Below are positions 28,562 through 38,567 of a DNA stretch of 64,000 nucleotides, one piece after another. A program made the position numbers and the translations under genes. Location: contig OY762654.1 of NCBI GenBank assembly GCA_963666205.1, forward strand, positions 1,888,001-1,952,000, given 5' to 3'. The notes under the pieces were generated by a model. The model did not search any database, was not told where the DNA came from, and saw nothing but the letters and a program-made list of their open reading frames with translations. Numbering within the stretch: position 1 is the stretch's first letter; each line of letters opens with the position of its first letter. Source of the DNA: Synergistales bacterium (lineage in GTDB: Bacteria; Synergistota; Synergistia; Synergistales; JAFGMB01).

Positions 28562-29329
28562 ATGCGAAAGAGCCGCTTTGTTTTAGCTTTAGTTTTACTG
28601 CTGGTCATGCCCGTTTACTGTTCTGCCGCTGATATCCTGATAGATCTTAATGACAGGGAACATAATGATCCTTCAGCCCTTCTTTTCAAGACATTTCTCA
28701 CAAGGTTGGACCCGGAATCCATGACCATGGTACTTGATGCTGAACCGGCATCTGATGGAACTGTCCGTCACCTTTATCTGGATGTAAAGGGTGCCGCTTT
28801 CGACGGTTTCAGGCTGGAAAATCTGAGAGTTGAAACCGTTTTCGGGAAATTCAATCCTGTGAAAGAATGGAAAGAGGGCAGAGAAATAATAGTTGAGGAT
28901 GTAATGCAGGGATACGTTCATGCTATTGCCATGGAAAAGGATATGAATCAGGCCCTGCTCGATCTGGCCGATGAACATTGGAAAGATGTAAAGGTTGATC
29001 TCCGGCCTGGAGAACTTTTTCTAAAGGCTCGATACCACGTTAAAGGATCCCTCAGTCTAAAGATCCTTGTGGAGATTTCAACTGGATTGAAAATTATGGG
29101 GAAACAGGTATGGCTGGATAATTACATGCTTGAAGTGAATAATGCCGAGAAAACATCGGTTATAAAGGACGAAATAGAAAAGTATCAACCGTTAATGGAT
29201 CTGGAGGGATTTGTATTACCCCTTGAGCTGAAGGAAATAATCATAGATAAGGAAAAGATAGTGTTCTCCAGCAGGGTGGAGCCTAAACCCTTTGATGGCA
29301 TCCGATATCTTTACAACCCTGAAAACTGA
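28562..29329 (+). CDS. Exported protein, DUF2993/LmeA-like
   Basis: Signal peptide; beta-rich; C-terminal 'LPLELKEIII' pattern. Confidence 0.5.
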   Translation: MRKSRFVLALVLLLVMPVYCSAADILIDLNDREHNDPSALLFKTFLTRLDPESMTMVLDAEPASDGTVRHLYLDVKGAAFDGFRLENLRVETVFGKFNPVKEWKEGREIIVEDVMQGYVHAIAMEKDMNQALLDLADEHWKDVKVDLRPGELFLKARYHVKGSLSLKILVEISTGLKIMGKQVWLDNYMLEVNNAEKTSVIKDEIEKYQPLMDLEGFVLPLELKEIIIDKEKIVFSSRVEPKPFDGIRYLYNPEN

Positions 29330-29389
29330 TAAACTTACCCCATATTTCTTCTTTTTTCTATAAGAAAAAGGGAAACAGGAGGCCTGATA

Positions 29390-30106
29390 ATGGAGATCAT
29401 TTCTTTAAATTACTTTGAAGGCGATACCGAACTGGAGGGGATTCTTTTCAAACCGGAGGATCAGGAAGATCCTGTTCCCGGAATTCTTATGATACATGAA
29501 TTTACCGGAATAGGAGCCTGGCTTTATCCCCATGCGGAAAGACTCGCCAGGTCGGGTTACATGGTTCTTCTTCATGACATGTACGGCAAGGGTAATATGC
29601 CGGAAAATGCCGAAGATGCTTCCAGGATAGCCCTTTTTTACAAGAAAGAACGTAACCTGATGCGTTCAAGAGCCGTTGCCGGTCTTGAAGAACTCTTGAG
29701 CTTTTCAGAAGTGGATCCGTCCAGGGTCTTTGCCATGGGTTTTTCCTTTGGAGGATGCTCAGTCCTTGAATTGGCAAGGAGCGGAGCCCCTGTTACCGGG
29801 ACAATAAGTGTTTACGGTAATCTGAATACTCCCTTTCCCGAGGATGCGGAAAAAATCCAGGGAAGTGTTCTTGCTATCCATGGAGGAAGGGATCCTCTGG
29901 TGATCAACGAAGAGATGGTAGCTTTTCTCGAGGAGATGGAAGCGGCAGATGTAGATTGCCGGATAAAGGTTTTCACCAGGGCTGGGCATGGTTTCTTTAA
30001 CTCAACCCTGACAGGCGATAGTACCGCAGGTATCTTTTACAGCCCTCATTTTGAAGGCCTTGCCTGGCGGGAGATAGACGCCTTCCTGGAAGAGTTGTCG
30101 AAATAG
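29390..30106 (+). CDS. Dienelactone hydrolase family
   Basis: IHEFTG, DMYG, GFSFGG, HGGRDP, GHGF. Confidence 0.88.
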   Translation: MEIISLNYFEGDTELEGILFKPEDQEDPVPGILMIHEFTGIGAWLYPHAERLARSGYMVLLHDMYGKGNMPENAEDASRIALFYKKERNLMRSRAVAGLEELLSFSEVDPSRVFAMGFSFGGCSVLELARSGAPVTGTISVYGNLNTPFPEDAEKIQGSVLAIHGGRDPLVINEEMVAFLEEMEAADVDCRIKVFTRAGHGFFNSTLTGDSTAGIFYSPHFEGLAWREIDAFLEELSK

Positions 30107-30135
30107 CGTCCTGAAATCTTCCAGGAAGGTTTCAG

Positions 30136-31002
30136 CTATATTTCAAGTTCTATTTCTCCGGTTATGATGGCCGTTCCTCCTACCATGACCCTGATGATAT
30201 TCCCGTTTCCATCAATTTCAATATCAGCCAGTATCTCCGAAGGTCTGCCCATGGAATAACCCTGTTCAAAGACAAGGTTGGAGGTTCCGTTAAGCTGGTT
30301 ATACCTGTACAGGTAGCAGCCCAGCGCTCCGTTAGATGTCCCTGTGGCTGATTCTTCAGAGATGCCGTAAAGGGGCGCCAGGTTCCGGCAGTGGGCTGTT
30401 GATCCATATTTTGTTTCAAGACAGAAAAGATGATAACCAACCACACCGTACTTCCTGCTTATCCCGGAAACTGAGTCAAGATCCGGATTGATGGACAGAA
30501 GGGTTTCCAGATCTTTTATCGGGACAATAATGTCCTTCAGTCCAGTGGATACTATCTGGGGAGAAAGGGTGCCGTGGAGGTCTTGTGCAGAGATTTTCAG
30601 ACTTGAGGCAATTTCTGCTCTTCCAACTTCTTCATGGAATTCAGGAAGGGCCTGCTCCATAAAAATCTGTCCATTCCCCCCTATCTCTATATCCAGGTTT
30701 CCAGCAAGGGTTTCCTGGGAGTATTTCCCCGGCTTGAGAATACCCCTTTGAAAAAGAAGGGAGAAAGCGGCTATTGTCGCATGACCGCAGAGATCCACTT
30801 CTTCCGAGGGTGTAAAGAATCTTACCCGGTAGTCTGCACATTCTGAATGTTGAAGAAAGGCTGTTTCGGAAAATCCCACCTGTAATGCAATATTTTTCAT
30901 TTCTTCTTGAGAAAGTTCTTCACTTTTCAGAACTACTCCAGCAGGGTTACCTCCTTCAGCAGTTTTAGCAAAAGAGTTCAGAGTGGATACCTTGATATTC
31001 AT
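30136..31002 (-). CDS. PhzF-family isomerase
   Basis: GNPAGV, SETAF, EVDLCGHAT, EESATGT, EQGYSMGRPS. Confidence 0.92.
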   Translation of the reverse strand: MNIKVSTLNSFAKTAEGGNPAGVVLKSEELSQEEMKNIALQVGFSETAFLQHSECADYRVRFFTPSEEVDLCGHATIAAFSLLFQRGILKPGKYSQETLAGNLDIEIGGNGQIFMEQALPEFHEEVGRAEIASSLKISAQDLHGTLSPQIVSTGLKDIIVPIKDLETLLSINPDLDSVSGISRKYGVVGYHLFCLETKYGSTAHCRNLAPLYGISEESATGTSNGALGCYLYRYNQLNGTSNLVFEQGYSMGRPSEILADIEIDGNGNIIRVMVGGTAIITGEIELEI

Positions 31003-31031
31003 GGGTCTGCTCCTTCCCTCTTCCGGGAAAT

Positions 31032-32210
31032 TCAGTCTTTCAGTTCTTCCATGGCAATAAGGGCAGTATTAGCCAGAACACCTGCTCCTATTGCAAGAGC
31101 CCTTTCGTCTATTCTGAACTTGGGGCTATGCCAGGGATGGACGGCCCCGATCTCGGGATTTCCAACTCCCAGCCAGAAGAAGCATCCCGGAACTTTTTCC
31201 TGGAATAGGGAGAAGTCCTCTCCTCCTGTGGATGGGGTGGGTTCAACAATGGCTTCTTTATCCACGACTGCTTCTATGGCTCTTTCCACTATTCCTTTTG
31301 GAACTGCCTGGTTTATTACGGGTGGTATTTCATAGATATAGGAGAGTTCGCCTTTACATTGTAGAGTTGCAGCTGTGTTTTCAACAACTCTTCTGATCTT
31401 TTCCTCTATACTGTTTCTTACTTCAGGAGCAAAGGTCCTTACAGTACCTGTCAGTTCGACCTTATCGGGGATTATATTGTTCCTGGTCCCGCCATGGATG
31501 GTGCCAAGGCTTATTACAGCAGAGTCCAGAGGGTTGATGTTACGGCTAACTATGGTCTGAAGGTTCATGATCATTGATGCGGTTGCAACTATGGGGTCTA
31601 TATCCCTGTGGGGCAGACCACCATGCCCGCCTTTCCCGGTAATTGTGATCTCTATCCTGTCTACCGCGGCCATGAGCGGTCCTTCTTTCAGAGCGACCTT
31701 ACCCACAGGTATCTCCGGGTGATTATGAAGGCCGAATATCATGTCAATTCCGTTAGTTTCAAGGACTCCTTCTTTGACCATTTCCTTTGCACCGCGGTTA
31801 AGTTCCTCAGCGGGCTGGAAGATCATTGTTACTGAACCCTTGAGGCTGTCCTTTAGTCCTGCCAGGAGTCTGGCAGCACCCAGGGCACAGGTTATATGTA
31901 CATCGTGGCCGCATGCATGCATCTTTCCATCAGCAGATGATGCGTAGGAAAGTCCCGTTTCTTCCTGTATGGGAAGGGCGTCAATATCGGCCCTTATGGC
32001 GATGTTGGGGCCAGACCCTTCTCCCTCGATGCGGGCGGTCAATCCGGTTCTACCTACTCCTTCAGTTACGTTATAACCAAGATCCTGGAGATATAGAGAT
32101 ATCTTCCGGGCGGTTTCAAATTCCTCAAAACTTAATTCAGGATTTCTGTGAAATTCACGAAAAAGGTTTCTCAATTCATCAGCAAGGGCAAAGCACTCTT
32201 CTCTTATCAT
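31032..32210 (-). CDS. M20D amidohydrolase (N-acyl-L-amino acid amidohydrolase type)
   Basis: HRNPELSFEE, RADIDALP, MHACGHD, QPAEE, GEDF, WHSPKF. Confidence 0.92.
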   Translation of the reverse strand: MIREECFALADELRNLFREFHRNPELSFEEFETARKISLYLQDLGYNVTEGVGRTGLTARIEGEGSGPNIAIRADIDALPIQEETGLSYASSADGKMHACGHDVHITCALGAARLLAGLKDSLKGSVTMIFQPAEELNRGAKEMVKEGVLETNGIDMIFGLHNHPEIPVGKVALKEGPLMAAVDRIEITITGKGGHGGLPHRDIDPIVATASMIMNLQTIVSRNINPLDSAVISLGTIHGGTRNNIIPDKVELTGTVRTFAPEVRNSIEEKIRRVVENTAATLQCKGELSYIYEIPPVINQAVPKGIVERAIEAVVDKEAIVEPTPSTGGEDFSLFQEKVPGCFFWLGVGNPEIGAVHPWHSPKFRIDERALAIGAGVLANTALIAMEELKD

Positions 32211-32296
32211 GATCTCGTCCCCTTCCAGTTCTGATTTTTTTACCAGATTACCTTCCAGCAGTATAACATTATGAATTGAAGTGATGAAGAGAAAAA

Positions 32297-32327
32297 AAAG
32301 AGGAGCGGCCTGAAGACCGCTCCTCTT
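32297..32327 (-). terminator. Intrinsic terminator
   Basis: aagaggagcgg/ccgctcctctt followed by a U-tract on the minus strand. Confidence 0.75.
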
Positions 32328-32904
32328 AAAATGAAACAATTGATCTTGTATTATTTTTTTTCCCGGAAGTAAATACCGGAAGCTTTTCCAGGTATATAAG
32401 ATCATCCTGGGAATATCCGCCTTCTTCAAGTAGTACAGCTGCTTTGGCTACGATAGTGCAATCGGCTTTTGCCAGGAGATTTTCGACAGCTTTAAGAGAA
32501 CCTCCTGTAGATACTACGTCGTCGATTATGCATACCCTTCTGCCTTTCAGTTTCGCAACATCTAGTCCGTCCAGGGTTATGATCTGGGGCTCCCTTGTTG
32601 TAATGGATTGTACCTTCTCGATGAGGGGATCCTCCATGTAACCCTTGACTGATTTTCTTATGATCACGTAATCAATGCCCAGTTTATTGGCCATCACGTG
32701 GGTAAGGGGTATTCCCTTGGCCTCAGGGCATACCAGGATATCTATCCCTTCAGGCAGTTTTTTATAAAGCTCTTCCGCAGTCCTTTCTATAAGCTCAGTA
32801 TCACCAAGCATTACGAAGGAGGCAATAGTGAGATCGTCACTGATTTTTATTTTCTTCAGTTTTCTGGTGATTCCGGCAACCTTCAGTTCGTAGAAATCAT
32901 TCAT
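32326..32904 (-). CDS. Purine (adenine-like) phosphoribosyltransferase
   Basis: PEAKGIP, IRKS, IIDDVVSTGGS PRPP-binding loop. Confidence 0.88.
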   Translation of the reverse strand: MNDFYELKVAGITRKLKKIKISDDLTIASFVMLGDTELIERTAEELYKKLPEGIDILVCPEAKGIPLTHVMANKLGIDYVIIRKSVKGYMEDPLIEKVQSITTREPQIITLDGLDVAKLKGRRVCIIDDVVSTGGSLKAVENLLAKADCTIVAKAAVLLEEGGYSQDDLIYLEKLPVFTSGKKNNTRSIVSF

Positions 32905-32909
32905 GAGGA

Positions 32910-34013
32910 TCATAGCCCGAAAACGATTTTAATTGCCAGGCCCGCAAGGAGTCCGAAGAATGGATTCCACCTTGCTGAAACCAGGGTGGTAGCACCGATA
33001 ACCATTCCCCAGGGTCCGAAACCGTAAGGGCCAGCAAAGGCAGGCGCAGAGGCGATAGCTCCCTGGATATTGGTTGCGAAGGTTACAAAAGTTCCCAGTA
33101 TAAAAAGAAATCCTGCTATGGAGGACTTGTGGACGTATTTCCCGAGGACAGGAAGGAATCTGAACAGAAGGATAGCAGCCATGATGGCCATCATGAATAC
33201 GGAAGAACGTAATGGATTGGGAGCAGTGGCCGTACCTGAAATGATGGCTTCAACAGGGGCTCCTCCAAAAAGGGAAGATCCTATATCTGCCAGGCTTGAA
33301 TAAACAGCCAGATGGTCAATGTTGGTTTCGACACCGGCAATGCTTCCGGTTATTTTGCCAAAGCTTATGTTTGCTCCTATGTTAAGACAGGCCAGAGCCA
33401 GCGCTCCAAAGAGTATTCTGCTGTTTGACCAGAATTTCCACTCTATATTGCCGAGGTGAAATTTTTCGTTGGACAGGTCTATGGTTGTTTCCTCCATATG
33501 GACCTTCTTTGAATACTTGAGGTAGTTATAGACGGCAGTAGAAATGATAACTGAAATGATAATGGTTTTTGCAAGGTCCTGGGTCATAAACCAGACCACA
33601 AGGGCAGATATCATGGATGCGACTCCGGACCATTTCTCGGAGTTGAAAAGTTCTATGGCAACGTAGGCGAGCATTATACCCACACCTGCCATCATTGAGG
33701 TAACGATAGTGGGTCCGATAAATGCAACGATTGCTTCATTCAGGCCAAGAACGGATGGTATCAGAAGAAAAACTGCTCCCCAGAAGACAAGGCTCAGCCT
33801 TTCCTTTATGTTGTGCCCCATTGTTCCGGCCAGGGTGATGGTTTCCGCCTGGAAGGATATTGTAGCTACGGAGTTGAAGGCTATCGATCCGGCAATTCCT
33901 ATGAGAAAGGCAATTGCAGTGGGCAGGGCGGCAAAACCGAAACTCAGGGCCAGGATACCCTGGGGTATACCATTGATAACAACTGCCAATGCTGTTAGTA
34001 GATCAGTAAACAT
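32910..34013 (-). CDS. NCS2-like nucleobase permease
   Basis: Polytopic membrane protein, GGAPVEAIIS motif, coupled to the PRTase. Confidence 0.7.
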   Translation of the reverse strand: MFTDLLTALAVVINGIPQGILALSFGFAALPTAIAFLIGIAGSIAFNSVATISFQAETITLAGTMGHNIKERLSLVFWGAVFLLIPSVLGLNEAIVAFIGPTIVTSMMAGVGIMLAYVAIELFNSEKWSGVASMISALVVWFMTQDLAKTIIISVIISTAVYNYLKYSKKVHMEETTIDLSNEKFHLGNIEWKFWSNSRILFGALALACLNIGANISFGKITGSIAGVETNIDHLAVYSSLADIGSSLFGGAPVEAIISGTATAPNPLRSSVFMMAIMAAILLFRFLPVLGKYVHKSSIAGFLFILGTFVTFATNIQGAIASAPAFAGPYGFGPWGMVIGATTLVSARWNPFFGLLAGLAIKIVFGL

Positions 34014-34307
34014 CAATAATCTCTCCTTTTTCAGATAAGGTTGGATAAATAAAAGGACAAAATGGTTCAAGCTGATCCCACAAGATGCGGGAATGGTATC
34101 TGAAGCTCCAAAGGGGATTTTATACGAGGAATCTATTTATTAAAAGTTTACTTTCGTAATTTTAATGTAAGGGAATCTGAATTCCCGACCTTTGGAATTA
34201 CCTATCTTCAGGGGTTGGATTTATTCCTTCCATACATATAGAATAAACAATTATTTCCTGATAGATTTGATAATAAACTACATCTTGCCTTAAGGAGTGA
34301 AAAAGAG

Positions 34308-35441
34308 ATGAAGATAAGAACCTTTGGTGTTGAACGCTGGATGGATGATTACGAGAACCTTGCCATAAATAATATAGCTGAAACCTGTGTCGATTCCATG
34401 ACAGTTGGGGAACTTCTCGAAATGACGGGAAAGACCGGGAAAATAATGGAAGAACTTCTGGATATGCGCCTTACCTACGGGCATATTCCGGGAAGCCCTT
34501 CCCTTAGACAGGGAATAGCAGGGCTCTATGAAAAACTTGAAGAAGATAATGTCCTTGTTATGAATGGCGGAAGCGCTGCCAACTTCATGATCTTTTATTC
34601 CCTGATCGAACCGGGGGATAAGGTTATCTCGGTTAACCCGACTTATCAACAGCTTTACAGTATTCCTGAATCCTTTGGAGCCAAAGTTGACATCCTTCCT
34701 CTGAAGGCTGAGGATGGTTTTTTCCCTGATCTGGAGAAACTGTCCATCATGGCAACGGCAGGTACGAAAATGATCTGTATCAATAACCCCAACAATCCTA
34801 CCGGCTCCCTCATGGATAGAGATATGCTTGAAAAAATAGTTGAAATAGCCAGGGGTTGCGGAGCCTGGCTGCACTGTGATGAGGTATACCGCATGCTGGT
34901 CCATGAACCTGGGATTGACGTGCCTTCCGTAGCTGATCTTTATGACAAAGGGATCAGTACCGGAAGTATGTCCAAGGCATTTTCTCTTGCGGGTCTGAGG
35001 GTGGGCTGGATGGCCGGTTGTAAGGATTTTATTGACGAGTGCATGCTCCGCAGGGATTATACGACCATCAGCTGCGGAATGATCGACGATGTCCTTGCCT
35101 CTATAGGACTGGAACATAAGGAGAAGATCCTGGAAAGAAATATTGCCATAGTGAGGAACAATGCTGCTATCCTTGACAGATGGGTAAAGAGTGAATCCAG
35201 GATAAGTTATGTCAAACCAAGGGGTGGTACCACAGCTTTCCTTCATTACGATTATGAAATTCCCTCAAGGGATTTCTGCAGGCGTCTTGTTGAAATGAAT
35301 GGAACACTGCTCGTACCGGGAGAATGTTTCGACATGGAGAACTACCTCCGGATAGGTTATGCTTTTGACCCGGATGTGCTGTCCAGGGGACTTGAAGGGA
35401 TATCGGAGTTTTTAAGAAAGCTGGAAAATGAGGGACTTTAG
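34308..35441 (+). CDS. Aminotransferase class I/II (PLP)
   Basis: VERWMD, NNPNNPTG, DEVYR, SMSKAFSLAGLRVGW. Confidence 0.9.
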   Translation: MKIRTFGVERWMDDYENLAINNIAETCVDSMTVGELLEMTGKTGKIMEELLDMRLTYGHIPGSPSLRQGIAGLYEKLEEDNVLVMNGGSAANFMIFYSLIEPGDKVISVNPTYQQLYSIPESFGAKVDILPLKAEDGFFPDLEKLSIMATAGTKMICINNPNNPTGSLMDRDMLEKIVEIARGCGAWLHCDEVYRMLVHEPGIDVPSVADLYDKGISTGSMSKAFSLAGLRVGWMAGCKDFIDECMLRRDYTTISCGMIDDVLASIGLEHKEKILERNIAIVRNNAAILDRWVKSESRISYVKPRGGTTAFLHYDYEIPSRDFCRRLVEMNGTLLVPGECFDMENYLRIGYAFDPDVLSRGLEGISEFLRKLENEGL

Positions 35442-35612
35442 GATCCATCCTGATTCATTGCATGAAGGCAATGAATGTGATGTTATTTCAGGGGAAAGGG
35501 AGAGACCTTTTTATTTTTCTGTTATTTTTCTTTTCCATATATCTGTTACTGTTTTTTTGAAGCGTGTAACCTTAGACTGTTGTTGTACAACCATAAAAAG
35601 GGAGGAACTTGG

Positions 35613-36308
35613 ATGAAGACCATTGGAGTAATTGCAGGTGTGAGCTGGGAATCTTCCATAGACTACTATCGGATACTTAACGAGGAAGTGAGCAGACGTC
35701 TTGGTGGACTGCATTCCGCAAAGATAGCCATGTATTCCGTCGATTTCGAAGAGGTTGAAGGCCCTCTGAGTGCAGGCCGAAGAGACGAAGCTGCAGCAAA
35801 GATCGTAGAGGCAGGGAAGAGTATACAGAGTGCAGGAGCAGACTTCTTTGTGATCTGTTCCAATACCATAGGAATGTTCACCCCCGATGTTGAAAAGGCA
35901 ACAGGGATGAAGGGCATTTTTATCGCAGATGCCGTGGGGAGCGCAATACAGAAAAAGGGAATGAAGAAGGTTGCCCTTCTGGGCACCAGGTTCACCATGG
36001 AAGAGGATTTCTACAAGAAGGTCCTCATTGAGAACTATGGTCTGGAACCCATGATCCCCGATGATGAAGGAAGAAAGATCGTTGATGATATCATCTGGAA
36101 TGAACTCTGCGTGGGTATAATCAGGGATGAATCCAGGGAGAAATATGTAAGAATAATTGAGGATCTTGCAGCGAAGGGCGCAGAATGTGCTGCCCTGTCG
36201 TGTACCGAGATCCCCCTGCTGGTAAAACAGGAGGATGTTTCCATCCCAGTATTCGATTCGACCATGATCCATTCCCTTGCTGCAGTGGAAATGGCCCTGG
36301 CAGAATAG
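35613..36308 (+). CDS. Aspartate/glutamate racemase family (YgeA/RacX-like)
   Basis: GVSWESS, GGLHSA, CSNT, LGTRFTM, CTE (two-cysteine site). Confidence 0.92.
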   Translation: MKTIGVIAGVSWESSIDYYRILNEEVSRRLGGLHSAKIAMYSVDFEEVEGPLSAGRRDEAAAKIVEAGKSIQSAGADFFVICSNTIGMFTPDVEKATGMKGIFIADAVGSAIQKKGMKKVALLGTRFTMEEDFYKKVLIENYGLEPMIPDDEGRKIVDDIIWNELCVGIIRDESREKYVRIIEDLAAKGAECAALSCTEIPLLVKQEDVSIPVFDSTMIHSLAAVEMALAE

Positions 36309-36398
36309 GTTTTTTATCAACAGAGAAGGCCGGTCTCAACAGGGACCGGCCTTCTCTCTATCTGACAGGAATAAATGGTTCTCCGAGGAGGGATCTTT

Positions 36399-37577
36399 AT
36401 GACCGTATGTATTGCAGGCCATGCAGGAATAGCCCACAATTTCGGGCATTCCGGGCTGGTTCAGGATGATGCACAGGGTTTCAGCGCAGCAGCAGGGATT
36501 CTAAAAAAGCATATACAAGTGGACACCTCAATCAAGGATATCTGTTTTGATGATCAGGAGGGCAGCCTTTTTATTTTCACCGCCTCGGGTGGCTGCGGTA
36601 AGGCAAGACCGAGAAGGGGCTTTACTCCTTTTGAGAAGGAAATGCTTTCAGGTCTTAAGGGTATGGAAGCAACCCTTCCACAGGTTGCAGTACTGAAGAT
36701 CTTTGGAAGGTTTTATGGACACGGTGTGACAGAGGTCCCTGCTTCGGTGGAATTTGCACTGGCTGAGGCTGCCATTGACAGCTTTGCCAGGAATATTGAG
36801 GGATTTGTTATTGCCCGAAGGGATTCAGTCTGGTTCAGCGACATCATTGGAGGGATTAAGTTAGATCCTGAAGGCAGTCCACTGGTGATAATGCTGTCAA
36901 TAAATGGATCCCGAAGAGGAGTTGGTCCCAATGAGGACCTTGAGGGCAATATTCCCCTTTCCGTTAAAAAAGAGGTTATGGAGAAACTTCAGATAATGAA
37001 AACTCCCACCATCATTCTTGAAAGCAAGGCTTTTGTACCCGCTTTAAAGGATATTGAAACAGATCATTTTCTGGTGCGGTTCAACTCGGAAATCGATAAC
37101 ACCGCGGTAGGTTATGCTATCGAAAAAGCCCTCAAGGATCTTGAACTGCCCTATGTTTTAAAAAGTGATGCTTTTCCTGAAGACCCCGGTCTTATGAAAC
37201 GAGGGGTAGAAAAAGTTGCAGATATGATAGGTTCCTGTGCAGAACGTTTGAGAAACAGTACTACATCCGAAGAGAGAGTACAGATCGGAGCCGACCTTGC
37301 TTCAATAATTTCCGAGGATTACGGCGGAGCCATATTTATGTCTGATCCCCTTCATGTGATTGTCCGTGCAGCAGGTCTACTTCCTGGCACCGCAGCAGTT
37401 ATTTCCAGAATTGTGCCACCTTCTTACGTGAGAACGAATATTATTCCCTTTACGACAGAGGAGGATATAGAGGATATGGCAAGGGTAGCCCTTGCCGCCG
37501 CCCGCAATATTGAAGGGAATCCTCAAAAGGCTATGCAAGAGCTGGAATCAAAATATTCCTGGGTTGAAAGTTTTTAG
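36399..37577 (+). CDS. Hypothetical protein
   Basis: 392-aa ORF with GAGGAGG RBS; N-terminal GHAGIAHNFGHSGLVQDD. Confidence 0.75.
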   Translation: MTVCIAGHAGIAHNFGHSGLVQDDAQGFSAAAGILKKHIQVDTSIKDICFDDQEGSLFIFTASGGCGKARPRRGFTPFEKEMLSGLKGMEATLPQVAVLKIFGRFYGHGVTEVPASVEFALAEAAIDSFARNIEGFVIARRDSVWFSDIIGGIKLDPEGSPLVIMLSINGSRRGVGPNEDLEGNIPLSVKKEVMEKLQIMKTPTIILESKAFVPALKDIETDHFLVRFNSEIDNTAVGYAIEKALKDLELPYVLKSDAFPEDPGLMKRGVEKVADMIGSCAERLRNSTTSEERVQIGADLASIISEDYGGAIFMSDPLHVIVRAAGLLPGTAAVISRIVPPSYVRTNIIPFTTEEDIEDMARVALAAARNIEGNPQKAMQELESKYSWVESF

Positions 37578-37630
37578 AAGAAATATCTGATGTAATAAGG
37601 CAATTAAATTGAGAGTCAGGAAACCCCGTC

Positions 37631-37691
37631 TTGACTTTTTAATGACATATCTGTATATGTGGATATGCGCATATGCAGATATACAGATATG
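37631..37691 (+). promoter_or_regulatory. ars promoter with 46-bp operator palindrome
   Basis: TTGACT-17 bp-TATATG; near-perfect palindrome at 37646-37691. Confidence 0.75.
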
Positions 37692-37714
37692 AATATTTTC
37701 TGGAGGTGTTTAAT

Positions 37715-38041
37715 CTGGAGAAAACAACATCCCTGTTTAAAACTTTATCGGATCCAACCAGGCTTCAGATACTTCTTATTCTTCTTTTTCATGGCGAGAC
37801 ATGTGTCTGTCAATTTACCCGCTGCCTTGAAGCTCCCCAGTCACTCGTTTCCAGGCACCTCAGGGTCTTAAGGGAAAATGGACTTGTAGAAGGGGAACAG
37901 AAACAGCAGTGGGTATACTACCGGATCAGTGATTCCCTGGACCATATGGAGATACGTATCCTGAAGGTTTTGAGGGAAAATTATGAGGGTCATAGAAAAA
38001 TTGATTGTTTTCTGAAGAAGATCAGTGAAAATCCCTGCTGA
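37715..38041 (+). CDS. arsR: ArsR/SmtB-family repressor (probable CTG start)
   Basis: FKTLSDPTRL, ETCVCQF, SRHLRVLR, WVYY; GGAGGTG precedes CTG at 37715. Confidence 0.85.
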   Translation: MEKTTSLFKTLSDPTRLQILLILLFHGETCVCQFTRCLEAPQSLVSRHLRVLRENGLVEGEQKQQWVYYRISDSLDHMEIRILKVLRENYEGHRKIDCFLKKISENPC

Positions 38042-38072
38042 TTTTTTCTGTTATACAGAAGGAGTTGATCTG

Positions 38073-38567
38073 ATGAGAGAGGGAAGAATGGCATTTACAG
38101 GGTATTCCGTTCTTTTAATGATAGTGGTGGGTTTTATCTTTCTTTCTGGGGTGGTTTTTCCATCTTCTGCCCGGGAAATGGTCCAGAACTCTGCCGTTGA
38201 TAGTATCAATGGATATGAATATGGAGAGGACAGTCAATTTGTTGTTTATTATTTTCATGGCAACAAAAGATGTTCGACCTGTAAAAAACTTGAGAAATAT
38301 AGTGAAGAAGGGGTTAATTCACAGCAGGTCATGGACAGGACCGGTATTACCCTTCCCCTTGAGATAGTCAATTTTGATAGCCCGGAAAATAACCATTTTA
38401 TGGATGATTTTGATCTTTACACCCAGTCGCTGGTAATTACAGAGGCGAGGAATGGCCAGATACTCAGATGGGAGAACCTCGACCAGATATGGATGCTGGT
38501 AGGTGACAGAGAAGAATTTATTAAATACGTTCAGGATGAAATATGTTCATTTGTGAAGGGTGAATGA
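38073..38567 (+). CDS. ArsF-family thioredoxin-like exported protein
   Basis: VYYFHGNKRCSTC, WENLDQIW. Confidence 0.75.
   Translation: MREGRMAFTGYSVLLMIVVGFIFLSGVVFPSSAREMVQNSAVDSINGYEYGEDSQFVVYYFHGNKRCSTCKKLEKYSEEGVNSQQVMDRTGITLPLEIVNFDSPENNHFMDDFDLYTQSLVITEARNGQILRWENLDQIWMLVGDREEFIKYVQDEICSFVKGE

Noticed and set aside
34060..34130. Canonical purine riboswitch (CTCGTATAA seen on the minus strand)
   Set aside because: The TATGG, GTTTCTACC and CCGTAAA..GACTA core elements are missing; TATAAA may just be the -10 box
34290..36320. Minus-strand ORFs (318, 269 aa) opposite the aminotransferase and racemase
   Set aside because: Antisense shadows
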